Positions 23,352-37,245 of a stretch of DNA of 64,000 nucleotides are shown here, in pieces. Positions within the stretch are counted from its first letter, which is position 1; every line of letters starts with the position of its first letter. A model generated the notes under the pieces. That model had not been told where the DNA came from and did not search any database. It saw nothing but the letters and a program-made list of their open reading frames with translations. The stretch spans positions 3,410,001-3,474,000 of the forward strand of contig CM038998.1 of assembly GCA_017499595.2 (NCBI GenBank), read 5' to 3'. Made by a program: the position numbers and the translations under genes. The DNA is from Psilocybe cubensis (Eukaryota).

Positions 23352-24502
23352 ATGTCCTTCCGCGCAGTCGTTCGAGCAAGCCGTGCTTTTGGGGCTGTCT
23401 CGACACGCCCAGCGACGTACGCGGCAGTCTATCCCAGACGCCAGATTCATTCCACCTCTGCGTCCAAAGGTGAGCGACATCTTCCGACTCAATACCCGTA
23501 GTCATACTAAGCTATCTTTGCAGCCTCGACCTCGCCGTTCACTGAGCCCACTTCACCTAACCCCACTGTGACGCTCTACTCAGAGACCACTGAGGCACTT
23601 CATACATACGGATCCTACCTAACTCAATGTCTGCCTAAATTCATCCAACAGTTCTCGGTCCTGAAGGATGAACTGACCCTGTACATCGCGCCTTCTGCGG
23701 TCATTCCCGTCCTAACTTTCCTGCGCGACCACCAGCAATGTCAGTTCAAACAAATGATGGATATCAGCGGTGTTGACTTCCCCGAGCGCGAGAAGAGGTT
23801 CGAAGTCGTGTACCACCTTCTCAGTGTCAAACACGCTGGCAGAATCAGGGTCAAGACCTATGCTGGAGAGGCAGACCCGGTTCCCAGCTCCGTCGAAGTG
23901 TTTAGGGGATCCGACTGGTAAGTAAATGCCGCTTATAGTTGTGGCACCTCCAGCTAACGCGAACGCTGCTCATAGGTATGAACGCGAAGCTTGGGATCTT
24001 TTCGGCATCTTTTTCGAAGGTCATCCTGACCTGTTAGCTCTCCTCTCTTTCTTTCTTAAACGCCTACTGACTGAAATACCTCCAGCCGGCGCATCCTGAC
24101 TGATTATGGTAATTTATCTTTTCCGAAAATACACCAACTTTATTGTGTTTAACTTGCCAATAGGTTTTGAGGGCCACCCTTTGCGTAAAGATTTCCCTTT
24201 AACTGTGAGTTCATTTTATTCTTTTTTGGTACCGCTGTAAGATTGAGTTTCCACCAGGGTTATACTGAGGTTCGCTACGATGAAGAGCGCAAACGTGTTG
24301 TCTACGAACCTCTCCAACTTACACAGGCATTCCGGTATGTTCCTCAAGGCCTGGGAGGTTATCGCAAGCTCATTAGCACCATTGTTTTAGCAATTTCGAG
24401 TCGTTATCGCCATGGGAGCAAGTCGGAGATGGCACAGCGGGTCGCCGCCCCGACAATCTCAAACCCCTGCCTCCGCCGAAATCAGAGGAGGTCAAGAAAT
24501 AG
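23352..24502 (+). CDS. NDUFS3: NADH:ubiquinone oxidoreductase 30 kDa subunit (NDUFS3/NuoC)
   Basis: [87 protein letters not shown]. Confidence 0.98.
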
Positions 24503-24742
24503 ATTACTTTGTGTTCTTCCAGACCAAAATATAGATCTTGTTATCCTAAGGCAGATCACAATAATTTCATTACCATCGTTATCATGAGGTTCCAGGGTCA
24601 TTGCTATTAGTATATTGTACAGTGGGCATTTGGGGTGTCAAGGTTGATATATCAGGTGAATTATACAGCGAACCAGGCGGGGAGCACGAAGAGTCAAAAG
24701 AGGATCGAGTATATGCCAAATTGGGGACAAAAGTGTCAAGTT

Positions 24743-26214
24743 TTACACAGCGATTGTCGACCCTTCTGCTTTGTCTTCAGTCGAGTCAGTGCTCGCTGGT
24801 TCTTCGTTCAAACTATCAGCTTTGGAGGCCCACCCCATTCGTTCAACAACATATTCTTGCCCAATGACCTCCACCCCGATCCTCAACGAGTCGGCAATCA
24901 GGTCCTCGACCCAGTCATATTCATCCCACAGGGCAATCCATTTGCTTGGGACAGCCTGAGTAACTGTAACGTGGGTGAGCTTATGCTCCGGGTCATCGAG
25001 ATAGATAAGGAACTGAAGGTATTGAGATGGTTCTTGCTTCGTCTCGGATTTCGTAGGTGGCTGCGAAAGGGTAGAGAAAAATGGTTGAATCCGGAGATAT
25101 ACATGGGAATATGTAGTGGCATTCGCTGAATTCTTAGTCGTGGACGTCGCTTTGTCATTTTTCTTGATCACATCTTCGATGTTTACCTGAAGGAGAATGT
25201 AAGAAATCATTAAGACAGATTGAAGAACAGATTTACCTGAGCAAGCTTCAGCGCTGCTTCGTAGCCGTCTACTGTATTTAGGTCACGTCCTTCACTTCCT
25301 TCTTTAGGTCGCGATTCGTTGCCTCGATTTACCACAAGGTCCCCACCCTCTACCTGTTCCAAGATCTGCCAAAAAATCATATCATTTTAACTGATGAATA
25401 CGAGCGAGTAGTCCAAAGACCAACCCTAGCAAGAGCGCGATAGGCCAGAGGTTCAATACCTTCATATCCTTGCATATCATGGCTTAACCAAACCTGAATG
25501 ACTTCATGTTCAGAGATGGGAGGAGCGACGACGTTGAGAATATCTGTTAGGGTAGAGAGACCGACACGCTTGAAATCTTGACCTGGATATGGCGAGATCA
25601 GACGGATCGCGTACGCCTAAACAGATTGAATACTGACCTAATTTATCAAGTTGCGCAGTCTTCGCATATTCTATGACCCCTTCTCCCCATTTCCGAGCTT
25701 GCTCGTTCTTTGGTAGATGTTTCACTTGCTCATCAACAACCGTCTTGGCCTGTTGAATGGCTGCAGAAGCAGATGACCACACTGATCCCCATCCCCATCC
25801 CCCTGAGCTCGCTTGGGCTTGGGATTGAACAGAAGTCGTAGATTCAGATTTCTCCCTCGCACGTTGAGCATCGGAACTCGCGGTTCTATTCAACGAAGAG
25901 GTGGATGAAGATGCTGATGGAAGCAGGGAGGACCCCCCTCCCAACCGCACACGTTCGGTACTCTTTCTCAGCGTTGGTGTGCCAGAGCGAGAGATGTGAG
26001 CAGTGGTGGCTCTTGTTGGTTCTGTGCTCTTTTGAGTAATCTCGTCAAGAAAAGCAAGGACTTCAGCAGCCTCTCCTTCGTTTCCTGACCCAGGTGCTCC
26101 TGCCGCTGGTTGTGAGCCATTGTCGGCGCTGGCTACCTCAGGTGGCGGTGCGAAAGAATCAAGATCGTCGAGAAATTTGAGAGCCTCCTCCTGTTTAGAT
26201 TTCTTAGATGCCAT
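24743..26214 (-). CDS. MTC1: Mtc1-like (maintenance of telomere capping 1, DUF5427) protein
   Basis: EEALKFLDDLD, GGWGWGSVWSSASAA, LNVVAPPISEHEVIQVWLSHDMQGY, VTQAVP...EYDWVEDLIADSLRIGVEVIGQEYVVERMG. Confidence 0.8.
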
Positions 26215-28448
26215 TTATGAAGCAAGAGTCGGACAGTGATGGTTCGAATGAAGGCAGTTTGGGTGGTATGGCCCAGGCGTCCAATTGCCATATATGGTAG
26301 CCCAAACATGTACGCTTTGCGTTCAAACCTATTCCTTTCCTCCACCATGGTCACTTTTCAGAAATTTTGGTTGCTCTGTTCCCTATTTCTTCGTTACCCT
26401 TCGAATTCTCTGTATATGAGAAGTAATAGGACATACCGGGCACGGATTATGTTTTCGAAGCAACCCAACACTCATGTCATCATTTTTAACTCTGGAATCA
26501 GAGTCGACTATCGCCCATGTGGTATCGCTTTAAAAACACATATACTGAGTACTGAGGTGATTTTACTACTAATCAGTTGCAATTTTATATCCTTGAAATC
26601 GCCGTGCAGCACAAGTGGATCCCCTTATTACTTCAATGACCGTGCCCCCTTCATGCGAAAATCTCTCCTTGAGGCTCGACCTGACCCTCGGAATAATTCC
26701 ATCAAAGCCATTTCCGACCTTTACGGGAGACTATATTTTCTGTCTGTAAAGAAGCCAAATGTACAACGCAATTTGGGCAATGGGCGCCAGATTTCATGGG
26801 TCAGTCCTGGTTCGCCAAAGGTCAGTACGCCTTTTTTTCCCAAGCGTTATTAATGTATGAAGTTGGAATGTTCTGTAACAATTCGATCTCCACGGCCGAC
26901 ATCTGGCAACTCCGCCATGCGTCTTTTCATCCTTTTTCGCAATCATCCTTTACCAGATAAAGCCACAATCATATGGACGATATGCCAGGCATGATCTGAA
27001 CTTATATTTGAACAGCCCGTTTATCTTTGGCCCATTTATTCCTCTATGAGCACTTACAACAGTTTGCAGAGGACTGGGCCCCTTGATGAACCACTAGTCG
27101 TTATCAGTACCACTGAAAGACCTGAGAACTCGCATTTCGGTTAACTTCGACCAATCAAGTCCTGCGTTCTACCGACTCTACTTCAGTTGTATTTATTTTC
27201 CTCATGGTTAATTGAACTTTAATAGAAGTGAACGACAAGCCAGGGCACTTCCTGTCTCGCCAATGAACTGCCTGTTAATACTTTTCGGGGACTTTAGGTA
27301 TGCCTGCGGGCCGGGATGTACGATTCGCAACTTGTCCTCAAGTCTTGTTCTTTGAACTTTCCCCTCTTGACAAGTTCATTCCACATTGCACCAAACCACG
27401 GCTCGTTTCTTCACTGGGCGAAATTCATTAGATTGCGATCCAAATAAACCTACCATCCATGCACCTGTCATGCATATCACCATTCTCATCGATTCGCAGA
27501 CATGGTATCACATCATTAGCCTTGTTATATCAGATAACAAGACTCCACAAATACGGTTGGAAAATGGCAGATGGCCGACGCACTTAAACATTGTTCAATT
27601 TAAGAAACAACCAAAGACCTTTAAAAAGAACATACATCCATTCCGCTCCCATACATACTTCGTTTTCCTTCTTTTGACCCAATTCAGATCATCAAATACA
27701 TAGATCCCACGATAGTTCTCCCAAAAAAGAGTCCGTTTCTTGCGAAAAAATCGAGCCTGTTTGGAAAGAAATGCTCGGATTTATACCTTTAAACGTGGTA
27801 ATGACGAGCAGCTCAGTTCATTGCTATTGTTCTGTGGCATGTGTGGGCACGATTCAAATGAACACGAGGCAGACCACTCCCTCAGACCTTTACCACTGGG
27901 TTATACGTTGGTGGCATATATTGCTCCACTTCGTGTTTGGCTATTTATTGGTAATGCCCAGAGGCCAAAATGACTCGCGCATCTCTATGGTCAACTTTTC
28001 GACTGCGGTGGTATATACAATCTATTGGTACTCTAACAGTTAAGAAACTCAACTATCTTGCTTGCTAAAAACAGGTGGAACATATCAAGAATATATGATG
28101 TAAAACACTTTTGCTAAATGTTTTCGATGAACTTGGAAGTTTAAGGTGCCTCATCATTCATTTAAAGGCATCTGGTACCATATTAAGAGGATACTGACTT
28201 CCCCACTACTAAAATATTTTCAAAAAAAATGTTTGGCATGGCTTTTAGAATATTAAAGAAAAGCGATAACTGGATGCTTTGTGCTCAACTGAACGGTACA
28301 ACTCCGGTGACGCAGTTGCAGTCTCGTGCATGTGATTAATTCATTCGGACAAGTTACCTGCCGCTTGCTTGGAAGACGAACAACCTGCTCCGGAACCACC
28401 ATCTAGTCTCTTCGCTGGCGACCAACTCTTCAGGATACTGCTACCATC

Positions 28449-29209
28449 ATGTCTTTGGCCCTTGTTAACGAAATCATTACCAACCCAGCTTTCCATGATT
28501 ATCTAGCTATTCTGAAGGGTGCCCGAAATGGCTTTGTGTATGGTGTTAAAGTCAGGTTCCCCCATGCACTCGTCATGTCCATTCTTTTCGGTCGCGGAGA
28601 GTGAGTTTTCCGTCTCAAGCTTTTCTCGGACCCTTAACGAACCAATTTGGTCAGCTGGCAATCGCGACTCCGTGTGATATACCGAGCTACAAAGCAACAC
28701 GCTTTGAATCTGGCCAAATTTGTCTCGCTCTATAAGACTGTTCTTTTGGTTCAGAAGAAGCTGAACGGTGGAAAGGAGCGAGACAGCGATACTTTTGTAG
28801 CCGGATTAATCGGTGGATATTTCATCTTTGGCGACCGAAATGCGGTGAACGAGCAGGTACGTCGTTATTTCTACCTTGATTGGCTGGAGTCTTTTAACTA
28901 AAATATTGTTTCTATTTTCAGATTGTACTCTATGTGGTATCGCGAGTCGTTGCATCGTTCATTCCTCGGGCGACCTCTCCGTATAATACATCCCCACAAT
29001 CTGCACTTGCAGGATCTGCCGTGAAACCAATACCTCCGGATTCGAAATATTTCACACTATTTGCTGCCGTCTCCTGGGGTGCTGTGATGTGGCTCTTCCG
29101 GCATCGGGGTGAAACTATCCAACCCGGAATGTTCAACTCAATGAAATATCTATATCGCGATTCCGATACGTGGAAGGACCTGAAGACCCTCTTTTGGCAC
29201 AATACTTAA
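28449..29209 (+). CDS. PXMP4: peroxisomal membrane protein 4 (PXMP4/PMP24, Tim17 family)
   Basis: LAILKGARNGFVYGVKVRFPHALVM, ATKQHALNLAKFVSLYK, FVAGLIGGYFIFG, VNEQIVLYVVSRV, WGAVMWLF...IQPGMFNSMKYLY. Confidence 0.95.
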
Positions 29210-29290
29210 AGTTAATGTCTTAGGATATATACCACATGTTATTAACAACAACTTACATCGAACTTATCCTGCGTTGTTCCTGTGACCACA

Positions 29291-30413
29291 TCACCACAAG
29301 TTAGAAACTTGGTCCAATCGTCTTGGCAGCCTTTTGCATTTATACTGGAAAAACCGTGGGCGCGTTAGGCCGCGAACATTCCGTGGAAGAGCAATCCTAC
29401 TTACAGCGAGCATCTCCACAGCTGCTGTACACGCCTTGTAGCACGATTTACAGGCTACGAAGGTTTCTGTGAGCGCAGACATTTCCCCGGCTACATCGGT
29501 GGCTTCAGGTAAATCGGGAGGAATAAACAGACAATGAGTACGACAACCCAACAAGCCATTTTTTCAAAAATCCTTCTCACCGCTATCAATTCTTCCCATT
29601 AAGGCTTTACGTTGTCTGTCCCAAGACGTCGTGGTCGACTCGTTGTGTGTTGTGCACGCACCATAACCTGGAGTCGGAAGATTAACTCGTGCCAAGGCAC
29701 AGCCTGAATTAAAAAGAAAGCTTTACCATGGGGGAAGATCTCTTCCGCTAAGAGAAGATCCTGCAATGCTTTAACGCGAAAGTGTTGCAATTTCACGAGT
29801 TTGTGATAAGAAATGACACTAGGAAGGACTGCGATATCGTCCAGTCTATACGAGGCCATTGGGCGAACGAATTGGCTGGCCTCAGATGCCTCCCAATCCA
29901 TCTCATGCAGGGTAGCAAAACCGTAGACTTCCAACGGGTAAGCTGGGGCGTTTGCACGAAGGTGGACCCGCAAATTAGCCGCAACGGCCTCGGCGATTGC
30001 ATATTTATCGACGAGCCTGAACAAAAGGGATACAAGTAATGGAAGGGGGATAACCGTTGCAAGATTATATCGAATCTTTTGGAACAAATCATCAGTTGGG
30101 ATCTGCTCTGGAGGTGGTGGTGGGTCGTGCAAAAGGCGCAAGAGAGCGGCTAGTTCTCCACCCGTTTCTTGCAGCTCTAGGGCGTCCTCGCCTTTCGGAT
30201 CCGATGGTCCTACATCGCAACAGGCGAACATGTCTTCTGATAATACGGATTCAATTATCAGCCATTGTTCTGTCGTTATTGGATGTATAATTGAAGCTTA
30301 CTGAAGACGTCACTGGTCATCAAAGCAGCACGACTGGCGGGATATATTGTCCCATCAACGGCAGATTTTACACAAAGATCTGGGTTTTGGCATTCAAAAG
30401 TGTTCCAGGACAT
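29291..30413 (-). CDS. BTB/POZ-like domain protein (agaricomycete type)
   Basis: PDLCVKSAVDGTIYPASRAALMTSDVFKDMF, LELQETGGELAALLRLLH, LVDKYAI, PLEVYGFA, then a Cys-rich tail CKSCYKAC. Four canonical introns. Confidence 0.75.
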
Positions 30414-30949
30414 TATCGATGTAGGTACCCAGGAAAGAGTCAAATAAAAGTATACATCACCTTGTCTTATATATCACTTATGATCATGACATCTGAGGGC
30501 GCGCAGCGCATCAAACGTGTCCTGGACAGAAAAATGAATAGCATTACATAGATGTATACGTGGGTATCATGATTTGCGGAGGCGCATAGCATACTGGCCT
30601 GTGCCGCATGATATTGGTGACTTACAGAACAGACAGGGTGTTGTACAGAATGATTGATACATCACGTCGTGAGGGTGCGTATGGAGATGGGAAGAATCGT
30701 GTCTTCGCGAAAATGTGTACTTACATCAAAATCCTGAGCAAAGAATCATGTACGAAAAGTGCATGCTGATGTGTGTAATGGGTGAGAGGTATGTGGCAAC
30801 ATCGACAAAGAGGGAAAGTGGTGGAGGAGCTGTACATATGAAGTTCAACCAGAGGAAAGAAAAGAAAAGAAAGGGAGACATAGTGGTATCATAAAAAGAG
30901 GTAAAGGTGAGGGAATCTAAAAAGCCCAGTAATCCCAGAAAAATGTCCC

Positions 30950-31837
30950 CTACATAACAACACACTTTGACGACTTTTTCTTCTCTTTTTTCAGCGGTGC
31001 GCCAGCTGGCGCGCCAGGCTCTATATTCCTGGTTTGTCGTAGTGACCGCACGAGGTTGGTGAAAAGACGGTCGACATTTGTGGGAGTCTTGGCGGAAGTC
31101 TCGATGAATTCGCAGCCAAACTGACGCGCTAGCGCGGCACCCTCTTCCTTCGACACCTCTCGTTCGTAGGTCTTGTCGCATTTATTGCCAACGAGCATAA
31201 ATATGGGGTCACCTCGTTTGACCCTCCTCATGGACTGTCGGAATATTTCGAGCCGATCAAAAGTCGATCTAGAGGCGATCGAGTATACGAGAATAAAGCC
31301 TTGGCCTTCACTAAGGGGCGCATTCGCTGGATCAATTTCTGGATATAATGGTTATTGCAAAAATCTAGACTAACCGGACCCATTGGTCACGCAAGGTGGC
31401 ATACTCCTCTATCACGCTTATGTGAGCCTATATGAAATGAAGGAGGGAAGAGGAGGAGGAGAGACGTACCCTGGCCTGCAGTGTCAATGACTTCTACAAA
31501 GCACATTCTGTTATCCACCACCAGCTGTTTTCGGTAAGCATCTTCTATTGTGGGGTCGTATGTCTATCGGCAGGGTGTGTGAGGGTCGGAAGCAAATAAA
31601 TTGGGGGAGACGACGAACCTCTGTAAAATCAAGATGCAGAGGGCACGAAGAGAACCTCAGAAAGGAAGATAGATCGGCGATGGAAGGCAGACTGACCAAC
31701 AAAACAATTGAGGGTAAACTGGGAAAGATCAATATGGACGGTGTGGCTCGAGGGGACGGAATAGGACTAACCTGCACGGCCAGAGCTGTTTTCCCCACAC
31801 CTCCATCCCCAAGCACTGCTACTCTCCAGCTATCCAT
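30950..31837 (-). CDS. RAS2: Ras-family GTPase (fungal Ras2 type)
   Basis: [46 protein letters not shown], polybasic region plus CAAX (CVVM). Requires a 2-nt exon at 31619-31620. Confidence 0.97.
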
Positions 31838-34800
31838 TTCTACAGGTCGTTACAGAGAAAGAAAAACGCAAATGAGAAGGTCGAAGAAAGAGTCGAGACG
31901 AAAGGTTGCACGGGCAGAGGTAGCGAAAGAGGCGAGGAAAGCGATGAGCACGAGTACTTGAGAGAGATAGCAAGAAGAAAGAGGGATAGAAGAAAGAAAA
32001 AGCGTCAGAAAACGTCGTCGTCGAGGTTCGTGGATGAGTCGTAAAGAGAGGCGCAAACGGGCCTTGTCGAGGAATATACGGCAGCGAGCCAACGGGCAGA
32101 GAGACTTGGTTCGCAACTAAACGAATCGGTCCTATTTCTATCTTTCCGAATAGATCAATTTCTCCTTTGGGACAACTCTGCAATAAATATTATTTGCCCG
32201 AATCTTCCCACACCCGGATGCCCAATCCGTCAACCGTGCTCCGCATCTCTGGCTCACACAGCCAACAACGCCTGGAGCCCACACTGAAATATCCTCGCAC
32301 CTGCCGCCCCGGCCACCCCATCACACCCCGCCCGCTGCTACTCCTCCGCCCCCAACCCCAGGGCTAAGCTTTGCTGCGAGGTTGCCCCGACAGAAAGGCC
32401 CCACACAAGGGCCAATTCATGCTCTTCGTCTCCCGATAAAGTCCGAGCGCTCAATCCGTCCGGAACGAAAACCACGCGCGGACTCCGATGCTATTCACGG
32501 TCTTTGTGACTATTCTATGGTTTATCCCAAGCCTCTGTGGACTTTCGAGAAGTCGGAAAAGAATTCCACATTTCTGCCTGATTGGTCTGATATGATGGGT
32601 ATTTCCGCCGCGTTTTGCACAAAAGCGCTCAAAGCTTGGCAGTCCTGTACACGCCAAAACGGGTATGTTCTGGGGAAATGACCAATCCCCTGTCTCATTT
32701 TGCAGGATCAGATATCCTTCACACACACAACGCTTTGCGAATAGATCTGATAATCTGAATCCACCCAACAGCCTTTAATAGTTCAATCTATGTTGGTTTA
32801 CCTCACCCAGTGGAATCCAAGTTTGCGAACCGTATGTCTTTTTGAGTCAACATGCCGTTTCTACATTCACTTCGAGAATGTTCTGGTCACATTTCTACTG
32901 CAACAGCACTGCATTTACAACTTCGGCTGGATCTCAACCTCAATTTCAGACGACTTGTGTACATTTCTTCGCAGTCACGGATTCTGAGGTCGACCTTTAC
33001 GCGCTATGATGCAACAGACTATTGTGGCGCATGATAATGCCTTTCTATTTATAAATAAGCTTGATCAAGACTCTCGGATGTCACTCCAGATCTTACCTTT
33101 TGCTCAAGGGCCTGCATCGTACGAGGGAAAGGCAGATCTTTGCTCGTACTAAAGTACTTTTAATAAAAAAAGATAAAAAGCTTCTCTATGACTTCACTGC
33201 AGTCTTCATAGCATCTGTCCGGCTTCCGTGGGAAGCATATCATCATATTCACCGCCCATCGCTGGCTGAGCATTGTCCAGCAGGGAGCATGCTGCTTATT
33301 AAGCTCCATGGCACAGACACATGCAAGTCGACCGTGATTTATATCTGGTAAAAAAACGACGAGAAATTGCTATAAGGAGAGTATTAAATCTACCGGTGAG
33401 TGCGTAATTATACTGAGGGCAGGAACGTTCTCAGATAAATTAGGCATTGCTAGTTCTTGCCTGCTCGGAGACAGGTAGGCCGAGAGAAGGCTCAGGTACA
33501 AAAGGGATTTCCATGATTGTATCATCCTGCGTTTGCCCTTGAAGCTGGAAGAGTAAGCTTCTGCCATTCAGGGGACGTAGCATCCTCGGATGTGGGAGAA
33601 GTATTTGTCCTCTATTCTACCACACAGTGAGCGGATAATGTGACTGTCCACAACAGAGGTGTTGGCTCCATGTGCGACCGAGTCGGGTATGCGTTCTGAA
33701 CAAATTGAGGAATTCGAGTCAATTCTTACTTTGGTATGTAAAGTCACCAGTCAGGGGCCAAAAGTTTCTGGAATGTTGCTTATCTTATCATTTTATCATA
33801 GAATTTATTGATATTTTGGACACGAGACCCAGCGCGGACCGCCTGTGTGACGACGAACTCGTTCGCGAACCGACATGTTTCACAGACATTTGTCGACTTG
33901 CACGTCCATTGTCCAAAACTATCCAACTGTCAGGGTGTTATAGCTGGCCTTGACAATAGCCTGTTTCCCCCCACTCTTCGCCGTCTCCACCCCATAGCCT
34001 TCCCTGGCAAGAAAAAATCCCAGCGATCAAGTCACGCATGAGCACCCACTCCAGTTCGCTAAAAATGGCGGTCGAGCCCCTGCCCTATTACATATTGCGG
34101 TCACATCTCGAACCATTGCAAATGTAATAAAGCCAAGGCACATATGCTTCGCCTCGCGGCCATATGATTTGGTGTCTTTAAGCGTACACTTCTGCAAGCC
34201 CTGATATGCGAGTCTGCATATCTGATCCAGATGGGATCCGATCCTGCTATGACTCTGAATCTCTCACCCCGAGTCGTTGCATCGTCTGCCTTTGCCTTGA
34301 GATGGTGTACTCATCATCATGAGCCGCATCTACGTCGCATTATGACGGGGGAAACGGACGTTTGGTAAGAGTTCACTGCCAACCCAACCCGAACTACACA
34401 TTTGAATGCAATCTCCCTCTTAGGCAACCGGGGCGAAGATGACAGCCTCTGCCGCACCTTTCTTTGTTCAAGGCTCGCGGGCGGATTGATGATTGTCAAG
34501 GCTCCGTGTTTATTCAGGGTAAGGTATTTTTGCTAATCCGTCATTTTAAAAAGAATGAAACCAGATCGAGTCATAGATATCAACTTGGGAATCATCAGGG
34601 AACAATCAAATGCTCTTCTGCCAACTACCGTGTCATGCTAATGATTCCATTCCTTTGGATGCTGTGTATATCTACTCTTGGATATATTCTAGGACCCACA
34701 CACGGACACACACAATCACGGATCCAATGCAAAATTGGGTTATTTCAATCGGCGCTTGGAGCATACTATAAAGAGGCACAAACTCAACCTTTGCCTCGTT

Positions 34801-35939
34801 CATTCATCCAAAAAGCACGCCCAAAAACAAAATCAATACCACACGTCTTTAATAGTTGGACTATCGTCCATTATGCTCGGAATAATACCATTTTCGAATC
34901 TCTTCTTACGTGAAGGACCCGCAGGTGAAGGACTCGAGATTGTCCCTCCCATACTACCTGTCTGTGGACACATTTCCAAGACCTTTTGATGGAGAACTGG
35001 TGGGCATCTCTATCCGCATCTACAATGATGCAAACGCCACTCGTTAGCCTAACTTGTCAAATTTTGAATGCAGTGACAAAACAGCTTTCGCCTTTTCTTG
35101 CTCCATGCCAACCCTGCGTACCTATGTTCTAGCACCAGAAGCCCATTGGCGGTGCTGACGAGGATGCTTGCATTTTGATAGAGTTTGCTATGATCGCACG
35201 ATGCGTCGACCGCGTTTTTTTTGAACACTCGGGTCTGTTGCGGGTCTCCGTCTGCTTCTGCTCAAAAAGTTCTCTCCCTCACCGCTATCTTGTAAATTCT
35301 CTTCTCGCGCGCTCTTCTGTCTGCGACGGCTTTTCCGAAGTCTATTCTTATATGCGGAACTTGCGTTATCAAATCGTGATCGGTTCTACGTTTCTCTCAT
35401 GCTGGAGATTGGGGCAAATTGCTTCTGCATGTTTTCTTTGTTACTCGTAATCGCCAACTTTTTGGGTTTACCACACAGTCTTGTGTATAAGGAACCAAAA
35501 TATACCGGTGTTTTGGATTTTTACATCATGCAAAAAAAAGCAAGAACGAAACCTTCTCATCACCATTGCTACTGTCGATTGTAAATTATCGGGGAAAAAA
35601 AGGAATCTTTTACGCTAATCATTTGCAACGAGGCGCGAACGGTTCGGAAACCGATGAACCCTTTAGGGTCGTCGCCTTTTTCTTGACTTGTACCTCGCTC
35701 AATGAACAAACTCGTCTTTCTCTGGTCTGCCTCGCCCCTTTGGAATACGGACTCTACTGACTGGTGGTAAACAAACGCCAGGTCTTTTGTTTAATTTTTT
35801 TTGGTCGTTACTCTGTGTTTGCACCATGGGTCTGCAAGTCGGAGGGATGAGGGTCCAGAAGCCCTAGCCTCCCAAGCGAACCGGGCCTATCTCTCGTGCT
35901 CTAGCCTCGAGCTGGGTCATTTACTTCGGTTTCTTTTTC

Positions 35940-35956
35940 TTTTTTTTTTTTTTTTT
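35940..35956. repeat. poly(T)17 tract
   Basis: Direct reading. Confidence 0.9.
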
Positions 35957-36433
35957 GCGTGCATCCCTTTTTTTGTCGTCTTTAAGGGGCTTTATGCACA
36001 ATGGAAACGCCAATCTTTTCGGAGAAAGTAGCCTTTTGATTCTGCCCATTTAGGGTCTGGCCGAATGGATCCTCCTCTAGCATTCTTTAGCGCTATGCCG
36101 GGTGGGTTATTACCCAGTCCGTGTTTCTCCTTTCCCTTCCCGTTTCTGTCCTTCCCTGGTGCAAGTCGCGTTTCCTGGTGCGGCTTTGGAGGCGCTACAA
36201 GTTCGACAGGCGTATCGCAGGGACGCACTGTCCGCCCCTTCCCCGCGAAGTTATAAAACAGAGTATGGTATGTGTGTGAACTATATATCCGCTTCTTCGG
36301 CCTTTGCAACTCTCAATCATTCGGAACAGTGGTCCGTTGGCTAGCCCACTTGCCACTAGCGCACGTTGTTACCCTTTTTTTCCCTCTTTATATCAAAAGG
36401 ATCAGAGAATGATAATTTACGCTTTCCAGCCGA

Positions 36434-36955
36434 CGCATACTGCACACTGCACACTACACACGTATACACACGCATACACACATACACTTTTTGCGAAGCT
36501 ATCGTTCGAAGGTTGAATCCGACAATACATTCATCGCCTATCTATCTATCTATCTGTACAGGGTGGAAGAGGAAGCTTGTGTGTGTGTAATGTTTCAGAA
36601 GCTTATCAACTTGCCCTTGGAGAAGATAGCACCTTACGGTACCCCCTTGATTCTTTCTGGACGAAGTTTGGGGAAATACATTGTACATACACTTTGACAA
36701 GGTGTGTGATGTGATCCACGCCATTTTGTGTGTGCGCGTGGGTGCGGCCCCACTATAAGAGCAAGGCACGATAGGAGGTGGTCATGGTGCGTTCAGGGGA
36801 GAGGGTTATTGACTTTTTTTGCTCTTTTTTTGACTTTTGCAGAACGTGTCCCGTGTTCGTCATATCATACATACCCCATGGGACCATCATTTCCATCATT
36901 CTCCTTGATGGATGATGATGATGACTATGATGCTGATGTTGATGCTGATGATCCA
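36434..36955. repeat. cluster of degenerate microsatellites: (CA)-rich 36434-36487, (CTAT)4 36538-36555, (GT)n ~36579-36588, (GAT)n ~36906-36952
   Basis: Direct reading. Confidence 0.75.
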
Positions 36956-37245
36956 TCAACTCAACTGTTCAACGTTCGACTGTTCACCTGTTTAAGGTCA
37001 ATGTTGACTATGCAAGGAAGGTGAATTGTCAGTGTTCATTTATAACAAAGTTCCCGTCACTGAACATTCCTTCCCTCCCCAGCCAGCCACCCAGCTCATT
37101 TTGCTATTTTTCTCTCTTGTTTGTTGTAATGGCTGGCACTGGCACTGGCACTGACGGTCTGGCATGATGTTGATTTTTGAATCCTTTTGATATCTGGACT
37201 CCTGCTCCTCAGTGCTCCTGCTTTTCCCGTGTGTCCTTAATCCTT

